A stretch of 64,000 nucleotides of DNA, from contig JAFQCA010000010.1 in the NCBI GenBank assembly GCA_017399485.1, positions 47,478-111,477 on the forward strand, in the 5' to 3' direction. A program made the position numbers and the translations under genes. Positions 30,317 to 40,850 of the stretch are shown in pieces. The notes under the pieces were generated by a model, which worked only from the letters and a program-made list of their open reading frames with translations, had not been told where the DNA came from and made no database searches. This DNA is from Alistipes sp. GTDB taxonomy: Bacteria; Bacteroidota; Bacteroidia; Bacteroidales; Rikenellaceae. Every line of letters begins with the position of its first letter. The stretch's first letter is position 1.

Positions 30317-31461
30317 CTGTTAATAACTTTTGAAAGCAACATATTGAATGCTGTTCTAAAAAAATATTTTGTTATATAGAAACCTGCATTTAATCCTATA
30401 TGATAGTTTTTTAATATATCATTGTATCTTCGTTTTTTTTCATATTGTGAATCTTGTATAATATCTTCTATTCTAGAAAGAACAACTTTACTATCACCTT
30501 TAACATTTAGTATAATTGATAACTCAGTTGGTTTCATTAGAGAAGAATATGATAAAATAGGGTTACGCGAAGGTCTTGTGGTTAGTACATATGGCTTATT
30601 ATAAGTTGTTTTTGTTCCTAATAAATCAACACAAAATTCATATTTTGAAAGTTCATTATTATAATATGCTAGGATATCACTTTCAATTTCTTCATAACAA
30701 TCATAACGAGATTTGCTTTGCTTCAGAGTCGGGAAAGTATATGTTTTTGCTTCTAACTGCAATTGCGATTGATATGCATACATATCCCCACCATGAATAC
30801 CTGCTACACCATTATTTGTTACAACAGACACCTTAGGAGTAACTATCGTGCGATTTGTTTCAACAAGAAATTGGATATACATTTTTTTAAATGATCTATC
30901 CCAAGACGCCACATTACAAGGGAGTAGTTCTGGTTTCTCTTCGTAAGTTTCAAGATACTTCTTGAACTTTCTCCATTTATCTTTAAACCAAATATTTCCC
31001 CAGTAAGGTTGCTGTAAGAAATATACATCAAACTCATCTTGTAACTGATAGAATTTTGTACCAGTTGCTTCTGTCAAAACTGGATTGTATAATGATGCTG
31101 CAGCTATGTTATCGTCATTCTCATAAAACTGTATTAATTGAAGCGAATAATTTATTATTTCAGGTGATACCAACAAATCATCTTCCAAAAAAAGTACATG
31201 TTCAAAACGTTCAGTCTGATCTCCAGCCCAAATAAAATGTTTAACCAATCCTAATTTGTGAGAGTGTATAGTAACTGTTTTTTCTCCAAATGGCCATACA
31301 AAATCTTCAACTACTTTATTTAACTCTAAATTACCACCATTGTCAATACTAATCTCTAAAGGGATTTCTATTTCTGTTCTAATATTAAGCAAATTATCTA
31401 ATAAATTCTTCATTGAATCTGCCCTGTTGTACCCTGTAATTACAATTCCTAGCCTTTGCAT
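30313..31461 (-). CDS. GT-A (GT2-like) glycosyltransferase
   Basis: IVITGYNR, ISID, LFLEDDL (DxD-like), WG..W..KW and PKVSVVTNNG. Confidence 0.8.
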   Translation of the reverse strand: MQRLGIVITGYNRADSMKNLLDNLLNIRTEIEIPLEISIDNGGNLELNKVVEDFVWPFGEKTVTIHSHKLGLVKHFIWAGDQTERFEHVLFLEDDLLVSPEIINYSLQLIQFYENDDNIAAASLYNPVLTEATGTKFYQLQDEFDVYFLQQPYWGNIWFKDKWRKFKKYLETYEEKPELLPCNVASWDRSFKKMYIQFLVETNRTIVTPKVSVVTNNGVAGIHGGDMYAYQSQLQLEAKTYTFPTLKQSKSRYDCYEEIESDILAYYNNELSKYEFCVDLLGTKTTYNKPYVLTTRPSRNPILSYSSLMKPTELSIILNVKGDSKVVLSRIEDIIQDSQYEKKRRYNDILKNYHIGLNAGFYITKYFFRTAFNMLLSKVINR

Positions 31462-31471
31462 ATTATATCTA

Positions 31472-32692
31472 TTAGTTATTATATTCTCGCATAACAGTAT
31501 TATTATCTATTATTATAATCTCCCTGCTACCATTACGATTTGTATCTATACATATTTTTGAATGTTTTGAATTAAATCTTGGATGAAGATCTGTCCTTAA
31601 TTCTCCATTTGAAACAGGTTTCATATAGACCTTAAATAAAGTTTCTTTCTTATCAAAAATACTATCAACCAAATACAAACATTGAAATCCATTTATGTCT
31701 GGATACGTATCGGTTAGTATCATCGTACCTCTATCTACAGATGGATGTCCGTCTTCTTGTAAAGAATGAGGACAGAATGGACTTTTAGTCTTATTATGGA
31801 TATTATATATATAATAATTACATATGGTGGGTCTTGAATAAGATGTACATAATATATTTTCATTATCAAGCCATACATAATGAGAAACTTTATCTTCTAA
31901 TTCTAAAGGTATAATATTCTTAGTATAAATATCATATACAAGCAACGAAGCCTTATGATAGCCATTTATTATCTCAATCCAAAAGAATAAAAACGATTTT
32001 CCATCTGGAGAGAATGATAGATGATTGATATAGCATTTATCATAATCTCTCTTATACTTAATGGCCTTTGCAATCATCTGATATGTTATCTTATCTTTAA
32101 TAATACCAGTAGCAAGATCTATTATGCGAATTGATTCATTATATAAATTATTTGCATTGTATGGAATACATGTATATCCATATCCAGGTCGTAGTAATCC
32201 AAGTCTATCAAAGTTTAGAGTTATACCCAATTGACCATCATGTGAAATGTCATATATAGGAAATTGATAATTTTTAATAATATTACCTTCAGTATCAATA
32301 ATTCGAGAACCATATTTATTTTCTTCAAAAAAATTAAATATGACTCTATCATCATAACCAGGGAACCAACGTAATCGACAACCTTGTTGCCAATTCCAGG
32401 CCTTACTTACAGCGAGAATAGACTCTTGGCTTAAATCGTTACTATCGTTTATGCAAATTTTGACCTCATCTGAATTCTTCTCTTTTTTTATATACAAAAT
32501 TTTATCAATACTATTAAATGGTGAAATATCATAGTACCCAAAAAAAACATCAGACTTACGTTGTTTAATAACTCTATAAATAAGAGTTGTCTCTATTTTG
32601 CCTTGTAAATGTATAAATCTATAAATAGCATGTTTTATTGATTTAATAACAGCCTTTTGTTTTTTTGTAAATATTCGTTTTAAGATATTCAT
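31472..32692 (-). CDS. Beta-propeller protein (TolB/oligogalacturonate-lyase-like)
   Basis: FFGYYDISPF, WNWQQG, INHLSFSPDG, DGHPS, TDTYP and DLHPRF repeats. Confidence 0.6.
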   Translation of the reverse strand: MNILKRIFTKKQKAVIKSIKHAIYRFIHLQGKIETTLIYRVIKQRKSDVFFGYYDISPFNSIDKILYIKKEKNSDEVKICINDSNDLSQESILAVSKAWNWQQGCRLRWFPGYDDRVIFNFFEENKYGSRIIDTEGNIIKNYQFPIYDISHDGQLGITLNFDRLGLLRPGYGYTCIPYNANNLYNESIRIIDLATGIIKDKITYQMIAKAIKYKRDYDKCYINHLSFSPDGKSFLFFWIEIINGYHKASLLVYDIYTKNIIPLELEDKVSHYVWLDNENILCTSYSRPTICNYYIYNIHNKTKSPFCPHSLQEDGHPSVDRGTMILTDTYPDINGFQCLYLVDSIFDKKETLFKVYMKPVSNGELRTDLHPRFNSKHSKICIDTNRNGSREIIIIDNNTVMREYNN

Positions 32693-33197
32693 ATTACTAC
32701 TAATAATAATTTACATATAAATAGAAGACTATCGTCTTATAAATAGTTAAGCATAATATAATTAATAACTATTTACGGTACAGATTGTTCATATTTATAA
32801 TACTTTTATACCATATTAATTATTAAGGTTATGTATAAATAATATCTTTTGTGTAAGATATACAGATATAAAATTCTAACCAAAAAAAATTATTACCTTT
32901 CAGACATCACAATATACATAATATAGTTCTTATAAAGAAAACCCAAATAGGCACTTACAAAATAGTTAAAATTTTTAATTCTATAAATCGTTCTATTTAT
33001 AATTAACTTAAGATATTAACTACTACCATACTACAGACAAATGAGCCACCGAATGTTTTATAGATTAAATTATTGTTGATTGCTAACCGACATCTATATA
33101 TTAGCATAATTAATGGCATATAAAATAGACTAATATATAGTTATAAGTTTTTCATAGATATCACCAGAATACAAATAATAACAAATATCCTAAAAAA

Positions 33198-34691
33198 TCA
33201 AATGCAGTTTTTATATTTACTATTTCTGTAAAATTCTAATTGTTTTTTTAGGATAGAAATAACACTTTTTTTTAGAACTTCAAAACCATACAAATGACCA
33301 ATCCAAGACCCTAGAAGGAAACATATTATAAATATCAGAGACGAAACAATAATAGTTTCCAAAACATTATTATTAAAAATGAAAATACTGCTAAAATAGG
33401 ATACCACTCCAGAAACTATAGCCACAAAAATAGATGGCAACATATCTATAAGTGTATTTAGACCACTATATTGAATTTCTTTCTTGAGAAAATAACCATT
33501 CAAGAATATTTCAATAAAAGAATTCAAAGCAAGTGCATATAAAATACCCCATATTCCCCACACCTTTAGTCCAATTATTATAAATAATATACCTAATATC
33601 TTTTTGATTATCTCTAGTATTAAAACATAATCACTTCTGCCTACGGCCTTTAATACAGAGAGGGAACATTGATGTATTGCTAAAAAGACCCCAAAACCTA
33701 AACATAAAAATTGGAAATACCCCACAGCCCCTAACCATTTACTTGAGTACATTAAAGTTATCAAAGGTCTAGCTATAGAGGCAAGTAATATCATTATAGC
33801 AGTATTAAAATATGTCACTAATCGTATATTTTGCCTAAACATCTCTCGAAGAGCAATACGATCATTCTGCATTCTCGCATATGCAGGATAGGCTACTGAA
33901 TTTATAACTTGGGAGATAGTTCCAGTTGGTATCTGTTGAAATTGACGAGCTTGAGAATAATAACCCAAATCCACTGAAGTATAATATCTTCCAATTAATA
34001 TCTGTTGAAAATTAACATATAATTCTGCCACAAGATGTGAAATAAGTAACTTAGAACCAAATCCAAAAAGATTTTTAAACGATTTTATGCTAAAAGTTAA
34101 AATCGGTTTCCATTTAGTTATACACCAAGTACTTACCACACGAATTAAACTATATAAAAGATACTGTACAATAAGAGACCAAATACCATAATTTCTATAT
34201 GCAAGGATTATTGCAACGAAGGCTGCTACGAAAATAGAAGTAAGTTTAATTTGGGTAAGAAGTTTAAAGTTCATCTCTCGAGTTAAAAGAGTATTTTGTA
34301 TTGCACAAAATGCATCAATCAATAAAATAATTCCTAACACCCTAAGCATTGAACATAACTCTTCATTATGAAAATATTCGGCTATCAATGGTGATGCAAA
34401 ATATAAGATTCCATACGCAATAACTGCTAATGTTATATTTGTAATAAAAACTGTAGATTTATCTTGTTCAGTTATATCTTTTTTCTGAATAAGAGATGCA
34501 CTAAAACCTGTATCAATAAAAACATTAGCTAATGTAATAAAAACCATCATGATACCAATAGTACCAAAGTCTTCTGGCATCAATAGTCTAGCAAGAACTA
34601 AATTAGAAATAAATTGAACAGATAGATATCCAAATCTCTCGACTAACATCCATAAAGACCCAAATAATGTTTTCCTTTTAAGTTCATTCAT
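33198..34691 (-). CDS. wzx: Wzx flippase (PST family)
   Basis: LARLLMPEDFG, DTGFSASLIQKK, GFGSKLL and LGYYSQA, with about 12-14 TM segments. Confidence 0.92.
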   Translation of the reverse strand: MNELKRKTLFGSLWMLVERFGYLSVQFISNLVLARLLMPEDFGTIGIMMVFITLANVFIDTGFSASLIQKKDITEQDKSTVFITNITLAVIAYGILYFASPLIAEYFHNEELCSMLRVLGIILLIDAFCAIQNTLLTREMNFKLLTQIKLTSIFVAAFVAIILAYRNYGIWSLIVQYLLYSLIRVVSTWCITKWKPILTFSIKSFKNLFGFGSKLLISHLVAELYVNFQQILIGRYYTSVDLGYYSQARQFQQIPTGTISQVINSVAYPAYARMQNDRIALREMFRQNIRLVTYFNTAIMILLASIARPLITLMYSSKWLGAVGYFQFLCLGFGVFLAIHQCSLSVLKAVGRSDYVLILEIIKKILGILFIIIGLKVWGIWGILYALALNSFIEIFLNGYFLKKEIQYSGLNTLIDMLPSIFVAIVSGVVSYFSSIFIFNNNVLETIIVSSLIFIICFLLGSWIGHLYGFEVLKKSVISILKKQLEFYRNSKYKNCI

Positions 34692-34819
34692 ATCTAAATT
34701 ATTAACATTTATAGTTCATATCATCTTGCAATATTATATTACAACCCTATTATATAAGCAAATGGTTCTTTAACAACAAAATTGTAATTTGCAGTAATGT
34801 ATTATTGTTTAATTAAAAT

Positions 34820-36128
34820 TACTACTGGTGCGATAAATTTTATTAAAATAATTTTTGTTCTTTGACATTTTGGTTTTCGATTGTTGATTGGGTTTCTGTA
34901 AGCAGTTCCCGAATGGGTGTTTTTGCAAATGCAGACACTCCTAAAATGCGAGCGACCTCTGTAATACTGTACGGAGTTTGTAATTCCGCTTTTATCTTTG
35001 CCATCAAGAGGTAAGAGATAATCGCTATCCACAAATGTATGCGTACTGCATTCTCGGAGTAACCCCACATTCGTTTGACGGTCATATTCTGCTTGATCCA
35101 CTTGAAAAACACCTCTATCTGCCAGCGATTACGATAGATATTCGCAATATCTAATGCGCTAATATCCATATTGTTGCTTATAAAGGTTAGTTCCTCGTTG
35201 GTTTCGGCATCGTAATACTGCACTACCCGCAAAGATTTAGGATATAACTGCGATGATTTTGGACCAGTGAGTAACACTAATTGGTCGGCAAGTACGCCTT
35301 CATCATCACTCTTGACACTTTCGATAATGCGATACTGCATTCTAGTTTTGGCTCTTGTAACAAAATATGCTCCAATAGAATCCATTTTGCTCAGTGCTAC
35401 CAAATCCACATACGCTTTATCCATCGTATAGATAGCATTTGGCTCAAATTGGATATAGTCCATAGCATTGCTATCGTGCCAAGTGCCATCTGAAATATGG
35501 ATAATGTCGGTATACTACCTCGCAAGTCAAGCAAAGTGTGCATTTTAACCGCTCCTCGGCTATATTTGCCCGATGCCCACGTAGCAAGATTGATACTTAC
35601 CGAGATAGATGTAGAGTCTAATGCAAAGATTGTATTCTCCAAATCTACCAAAGGTATTTTATCCTTCGTAAATAATGGTCTAACTTGTTCTATCAAGTAG
35701 TAGCCAAAGTCTTGAAAGATGCGATAGTTTCGATTGTCGTTGGCTCGTAAGAGCGTGGAATGGACTACATTCTGCTTAATTCCCAAATGATAGAGATTGT
35801 TTTGATGTGCTTTGAGGCACAAACAAATATCTCTTAACGAGGTGCAGGCAGTAATTTGCCCGAAGATGAGTTGAAGCAGATGGTTGTAAGAGTTAAGACT
35901 CTTTGCGTGAAAGTCTCCTTTGTATCGCTTAACACTCTTTTCAAACTCAAAACGGGGTATAAATTCCACTATTTGAGCGAATACGAACTTGCCCAGATGC
36001 ATAACTTTGAGGTTTTAGCCACAAAATTACCATCAACAATTTCAAATCAAAAAATCAAAGAACGCTTATAACTAATTTATATTTAACAGTTTAACTACTG
36101 CTTAGCAAAATTTATCGCATCAGTAGTC
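34820..36128 (-). mobile_element. IS4-family insertion sequence (~1.31 kb)
   Basis: TIRs actactggtgcgataaatttt (34821-34841) and aaaatttatcgcatcagtagt (36107-36127) match at 20/21. A candidate 9-bp target duplication aattaaaat lies at 34811-34819 and 36129-36137. Confidence 0.85.
34843..36002 (-). pseudogene. IS4 transposase (DUF4372 plus DDE), split by a 1-nt frameshift near 35504
   Basis: ORF 35397-36002 (ALDSTSI, AVKMHTLLDLRGSIPT) and ORF 34843-35463 (MDKAY, YRNRWQIEVFFKWIKQ). Adding one T at ACATTATCC restores ...IPTFIHISDGTWHDSNAMDY. Confidence 0.88.
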
Positions 36129-36201
36129 AATTAAAATCGCAAGTAAGCCTTAGACTGCAATCTTCCAATTTATCAATAACCTTTATTAACTTAAAATCTT
36201 A

Positions 36202-37386
36202 TTACTCTTTTCTCCAAACCATTTTGTTAACCACTCCAGTATAACTTTGGATGAGTTTGACAATCTTTGTAGAGACATTTTCATCCACATAGTTAGGTAC
36301 GGGAATACCGTTATCTTCATTCTTAACCATCTCTACAGCGACATCTACGGCTTGCAGAAGGTCGTGCTCGTTGATACCCGCAAGGATAAAACAGCCTTTA
36401 TCAAGAGCCTCTGGGCGTTCGGTTGATGTTCTGATACACACTGCAGGGAATGAATGGCCTACCGATGTAAAGAATGAACTCTCTTCTGGAAGTGTTCCGC
36501 TATCTGACACCACAGCGAATGCATTCATTTGAAGGCAGTTGTAGTCGTGGAAACCAAGAGGTTCCTGACGTATAACACGAGGGTCTAACTGGAAACCAGA
36601 TGCCTCAAGGCGATTTCTACTTCTAGGATGGCAACTATACAATATAGGCATATCGTACTTTTCTGCCATCTTATTAATCGCTGTAAAGAGTGATATAAAA
36701 TTCTTCTCTGTGTCGATATTCTCTTCACGGTGAGCAGACAAAAGTATATAACGTCCCTTTTCCAATCCCAAACGTTGATGAACATCGCTAGCCTCAATAT
36801 CAGCCAAGTTCTCGTGCAATACTTCGGCCATTGGCGAGCCACTCACATATGTACGCTGCGGTGCCACACTTGAGGCATTTAGATAACGGCGTGCGTGCTC
36901 CGAGTAACATATATTGACATCTGAAATAATATCTACAATACGGCGATTTGTCTCTTCGGGCAAGCACTCATCGAAGCAACGGTTTCCTGCCTCCATATGA
37001 AAAATCGGAATATGAAGACGTTTTGCGCCTATAACCGACAGACAAGAGTTGGTGTCACCCAAAACAAGCACCGCATCGGGTTTTGTCTGTACCATTAACT
37101 TATAAGATGCATTGATAATATTGCCCATTGTTGCGCCCAAATCATCACCCACTGCATCCATATATACTTCTGGGTCTGCAAGTTTTAGGTCTTTGAAGAA
37201 TACGCCATTAAGGTTATAATCATAGTTCTGGCCCGTGTGAGCGAGAATACAATCAAAATATTTACGACATTTATTGATTACAGCCGCCAAACGAATGATT
37301 TCGGGACGAGTCCCAACAATTATCAATAACTTAAGACGACCATCGTTCTTGAATTGAACGTCATTATAGTTTGTTTTTAGTTCCAT
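36202..37386 (-). CDS. fnlC: UDP-2-acetamido-2,6-dideoxy-L-talose 2-epimerase (FnlC/WbjD/Cap5G)
   Basis: VGTRPEIIRL, HTGQNYD, LGDTNS, HMEAGNR and RTSTERPEA. Third gene of the fnl triad. Confidence 0.9.
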   Translation of the reverse strand: MELKTNYNDVQFKNDGRLKLLIIVGTRPEIIRLAAVINKCRKYFDCILAHTGQNYDYNLNGVFFKDLKLADPEVYMDAVGDDLGATMGNIINASYKLMVQTKPDAVLVLGDTNSCLSVIGAKRLHIPIFHMEAGNRCFDECLPEETNRRIVDIISDVNICYSEHARRYLNASSVAPQRTYVSGSPMAEVLHENLADIEASDVHQRLGLEKGRYILLSAHREENIDTEKNFISLFTAINKMAEKYDMPILYSCHPRSRNRLEASGFQLDPRVIRQEPLGFHDYNCLQMNAFAVVSDSGTLPEESSFFTSVGHSFPAVCIRTSTERPEALDKGCFILAGINEHDLLQAVDVAVEMVKNEDNGIPVPNYVDENVSTKIVKLIQSYTGVVNKMVWRKE

Positions 37387-37391
37387 ATTAT

Positions 37392-38594
37392 TTACTCGAC
37401 TTGTAAGAAATAGGTATCTGGTTTACTTGGGTCAAATATTTCGTTGCAGTACATAACTGTAACGAGATTTTCTGTTTCTGAAAGATTGATAATATTGTGA
37501 GTATATCCTGGAAGCATATGTACAGCCTCAATTTTATCTCCGCTGACCTCAAAATTCAACACCTCATCAGAGTCTATGCGACGTTGTTGAATAAGGCCGT
37601 GTCCGCTTACCACAATAAAAAACTCCCATTTGGTATTATGCCAATGTTGTCCTTTGGTAATCCCTGGCTTGCTAATATTTATACTCACTTGACCGCTATT
37701 CAACGTGTGGATTAACTCCGTAAAAGAGCCCCTATCATCAATATTCATCTTTAACGGGAAAGCAACCTTCTCCTTGGGCAAATAACTCAAATATGTACTA
37801 TAGAGTTTCTTTGCAAGAGAGTTCTCGGGAATCTCTGGAATCATCAAAGTTTTTGGTTGCTCTGCAAAACTATAAATTAAATCCACGATTTCTCCAAGTG
37901 TAGTCTTATGAGTATTAGGGCAATAGCAATAGCGACCGTTCTCATCAGGAACAGTCTCTACCCCATCGAACTCACATCTATGGGCTTCACCCTTTATTGC
38001 TGCTATCATTTCATCAACCAAGTCATCTATATAGAGAAGTTCCATCTCTACACCTCTATCATTAACTTGGATATCGAGGTCATTGGCTATATTGTTACAG
38101 AAGGTAGCAATTGCAGAGTTATAATTAGGTCTGCACCATTTTCCAAAAAGATTCGGGAAACGATATACATAAACCTTTGCACCTGTTTCTTGCCCATACT
38201 CAAACATCAATTCCTCTCCCGCCTTCTTACTCTTACCATATTCGCTTGTACCAAAACGACCAGCAAGAGTGGCTTGGATTGAACTCGATATCATTATAGG
38301 GCAATTGTTGTCATATTTTTTCAAAGTATCAAGAAGTTCTGAAGCAAAACCAAAGTTCCCCTTCATAAACTCCTCTTGATTTTGAGGACGGTTAACGCCT
38401 GCAAGATTAAATACGAAATCACACTCTTTACAATAACGATTCAAGTCATCCTTTGTAGAGTCAATATCGTACTCAAACACTTCAGAGATTGTTATATCTC
38501 CGTAGCATTTAGCCTTACCATCCTTTATGTTATTTAATTGAGCGCAAAGATTCTTACCGACAAAGCCTTTGGCGCCTGTAACAAGAATTTTCAT
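37392..38594 (-). CDS. fnlB: FnlB/WbjC/CapF reductase with C-terminal cupin domain
   Basis: VTGAKGFVG, FNLAGVNRP, RFPNLFGKWCRPNYNS and KGQHWHNTKWE. Confidence 0.92.
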   Translation of the reverse strand: MKILVTGAKGFVGKNLCAQLNNIKDGKAKCYGDITISEVFEYDIDSTKDDLNRYCKECDFVFNLAGVNRPQNQEEFMKGNFGFASELLDTLKKYDNNCPIMISSSIQATLAGRFGTSEYGKSKKAGEELMFEYGQETGAKVYVYRFPNLFGKWCRPNYNSAIATFCNNIANDLDIQVNDRGVEMELLYIDDLVDEMIAAIKGEAHRCEFDGVETVPDENGRYCYCPNTHKTTLGEIVDLIYSFAEQPKTLMIPEIPENSLAKKLYSTYLSYLPKEKVAFPLKMNIDDRGSFTELIHTLNSGQVSINISKPGITKGQHWHNTKWEFFIVVSGHGLIQQRRIDSDEVLNFEVSGDKIEAVHMLPGYTHNIINLSETENLVTVMYCNEIFDPSKPDTYFLQVE

Positions 38595-39643
38595 TATTTT
38601 GCAACGTTTGAGATTCCGTTGAGTTCATTCTGAATGTATTCCAATGAGGCAATCTTTGCCTTAGTCTCTTCTACATTGAGGCGAGTTGTGTTGTCTGAAT
38701 TAAACTCGGTGAGTTCACAACGTTTGGTATCGCCCTCAGAGAAATATTTGTCGTAGTTAAGGGTACGGTTGTCAGCTGGAACACGATAGAAATCACCCAT
38801 ATCTTCTGCCTTAGCACATTCCTCGTTAGTAAGGAGTGTTTCATACATCTTCTCACCATGGCGTATACCGATGACTTTAATCTCTTCTTTCTTACCGCCA
38901 AAGAGTTCGCATACAGCCTCTGCCTGAGTCTGAATGGTACAGGCAGGTGCTTTCTGTACAAGAATGTCACCGTTCTGTCCGTGTTCGAAGGCGAAGAGCA
39001 CCAAATCAACAGCCTCCTCAAGACTCATAATGAATCGGGTCATATTTGGCTCTGTGAGGGTGATAGGATTGCCATTGCGAATCTGGTCTATCCACAATGG
39101 AATCACCGAGCCGCGTGAGCACATCACATTACCATAACGTGTACAGCAAATCTTAGTATTAAGGCTGTTACGCGATTTTGCTACTGCAATCTTCTCCTCA
39201 AGAGCCTTTGAGATACCCATAGCATTGATTGGATAAGCGGCCTTATCTGTTGACAAGCAGATTACACACTCTACTCCACAATCAATGGCAACATCAAGGA
39301 CATTATCAGTACCGATGACGTTAGTCTTAACTGCCTCCATAGGGAAGAATTCACAAGATGGCACCTGCTTGAGGGCAGCTGCGTGAAAGATATAATCTAC
39401 TCCACGAGTAGCAGTCTTGAGTGTAGACTTATTGCGTACATCACCGATATAGAACTTAATCTTATGTGCAACCTCAGGCATTTTGGCCTGATACTCGTGA
39501 CGCATATCATCTTGCTTCTTCTCATCGCGAGAGAGAATACGAATCTCGCCAATGTCCGTGCGAAGGAAACGATTTAGTACTGCATTACCGAACGAACCTG
39601 TTCCGCCGGTAATCATAAGAACCTTGTCTTTAAAAATGCTCAT
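38594..39643 (-). CDS. fnlA: UDP-GlcNAc 4,6-dehydratase/5-epimerase (FnlA/WbjB/CapE)
   Basis: TGGTGSFG, SRDEKKQ, HAAALKQVPSCE, STDKAAYPINAMG and RYGNVMCSRGSV. Confidence 0.93.
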   Translation of the reverse strand: MSIFKDKVLMITGGTGSFGNAVLNRFLRTDIGEIRILSRDEKKQDDMRHEYQAKMPEVAHKIKFYIGDVRNKSTLKTATRGVDYIFHAAALKQVPSCEFFPMEAVKTNVIGTDNVLDVAIDCGVECVICLSTDKAAYPINAMGISKALEEKIAVAKSRNSLNTKICCTRYGNVMCSRGSVIPLWIDQIRNGNPITLTEPNMTRFIMSLEEAVDLVLFAFEHGQNGDILVQKAPACTIQTQAEAVCELFGGKKEEIKVIGIRHGEKMYETLLTNEECAKAEDMGDFYRVPADNRTLNYDKYFSEGDTKRCELTEFNSDNTTRLNVEETKAKIASLEYIQNELNGISNVAK

Positions 39644-39681
39644 AATTTGTTGTAATTATATATTCTTTTAATTTAATATTT

Positions 39682-40815
39682 TTATCTCCCTTTATACATC
39701 TCTTCGTAGTACTTCTCGTAGTCACCGCTTGTGATGTTATCCATCCACTCCTGGTTTTCGAGGTACCACTTAACTGTCTTCTCGATGCCTTCCTCGAATT
39801 GGAGAGAGGGTTCCCAGCCGAGTTCGCGCTGTAACTTCGTAGAGTCGATTGCGTAACGCAAGTCGTGACCAGCACGGTCTGTGACATATGTTATCAACTC
39901 CAACGAATAACCTTCGGGATTACCCAACAGGCGGTCTACTGTTGCGATAACAACCTTTATCAAATCAATATTCTTCCACTCGTTGAAACCTCCGATGTTA
40001 TAGGTATCGGCAACCTTGCCATTATGGAAAATCACATCAATTGCACGAGCGTGGTCAACCACATACAACCAGTCTCTCACATTCTCGCCCTTACCATACA
40101 CCGGCAGAGGTTTACGCTGGCGTATATTATTTATAAATAAAGGTATCAACTTCTCCGGAAACTGATATGGGCCATAATTATTCGAGCAATTTGTAACAAT
40201 TGTCGGCATACCGTAGGTATCGTGGTATGCTCGTACAAAGTGGTCTGAAGATGCCTTTGATGCCGAATATGGCGAGTGGGGATTATACTTTGTTGTCTCG
40301 TAGAAGAAATCCTCACCATAAGCCAAATGATGTTCGCCCGACGAAGCGGTTGTTGTAAAAGGTGGCTCGATACCTTCAGGATGAGTGAGTTCCAATGCCC
40401 CATAAACCTCGTCCGTAGAGATATGATAGAATCGCTTACCCTTATACTTCTCGGGCTTTGCCTCCCAATATAGTTTTGCGGCCTGCAACAACGAGAGTGT
40501 TCCCATCACGTTGGTACGCGCAAAGGTAAATGGGTCCTTAATTGAGCGGTCAACGTGACTCTCGGCAGCCAAATGAATTACGCCATCAATATCATACTTC
40601 TGGAACAGAGCATATATCGTATCAAAATCGCAAATATCGGCCTTCACGAAAGTGTAGTTTGGCTTATCCTCAATATCCTTGAGATTAGCCAAGTTACCTG
40701 CATAAGTTAATTTATCAAGGTTGATAATATTATATTCGGGATATTTATTTACAAATAGACGAACTACGTGGCTACCAATAAAACCTGCGCCACCTGTGAT
40801 TAATATATTTTTCAT
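39682..40815 (-). CDS. rfbB: dTDP-glucose 4,6-dehydratase
   Basis: TGGAGFIGS, HLAAESHVDRS, ISTDEVYG, PYSASKA and NCSNNYGPYQFPEKLIP. Confidence 0.96.
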   Translation of the reverse strand: MKNILITGGAGFIGSHVVRLFVNKYPEYNIINLDKLTYAGNLANLKDIEDKPNYTFVKADICDFDTIYALFQKYDIDGVIHLAAESHVDRSIKDPFTFARTNVMGTLSLLQAAKLYWEAKPEKYKGKRFYHISTDEVYGALELTHPEGIEPPFTTTASSGEHHLAYGEDFFYETTKYNPHSPYSASKASSDHFVRAYHDTYGMPTIVTNCSNNYGPYQFPEKLIPLFINNIRQRKPLPVYGKGENVRDWLYVVDHARAIDVIFHNGKVADTYNIGGFNEWKNIDLIKVVIATVDRLLGNPEGYSLELITYVTDRAGHDLRYAIDSTKLQRELGWEPSLQFEEGIEKTVKWYLENQEWMDNITSGDYEKYYEEMYKGR

Positions 40816-40850
40816 CGTAATGTATCTTTATTAAGTTATAAAAGAAAGTA

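Noticed and set aside
28020-34691. A7-A8/T7-T8 runs in the low-GC genes as phase-variation tracts
   Set aside because: Expected by chance at this AT content, and the genes are all in frame.
35397-35510. Programmed -1 frameshift in the IS transposase
   Set aside because: No slippery heptamer at the shift site, and IS4 transposases are normally single ORFs. Treated as a mutation or sequencing indel.
40290-40400. Insertion in RfbB (THPEGIEPPFTTTASSGEHHLAYG), and a similar insert in the aminotransferase
   Set aside because: In frame, with no intein or intron hallmarks. I recall similar loops in Bacteroidales orthologues.
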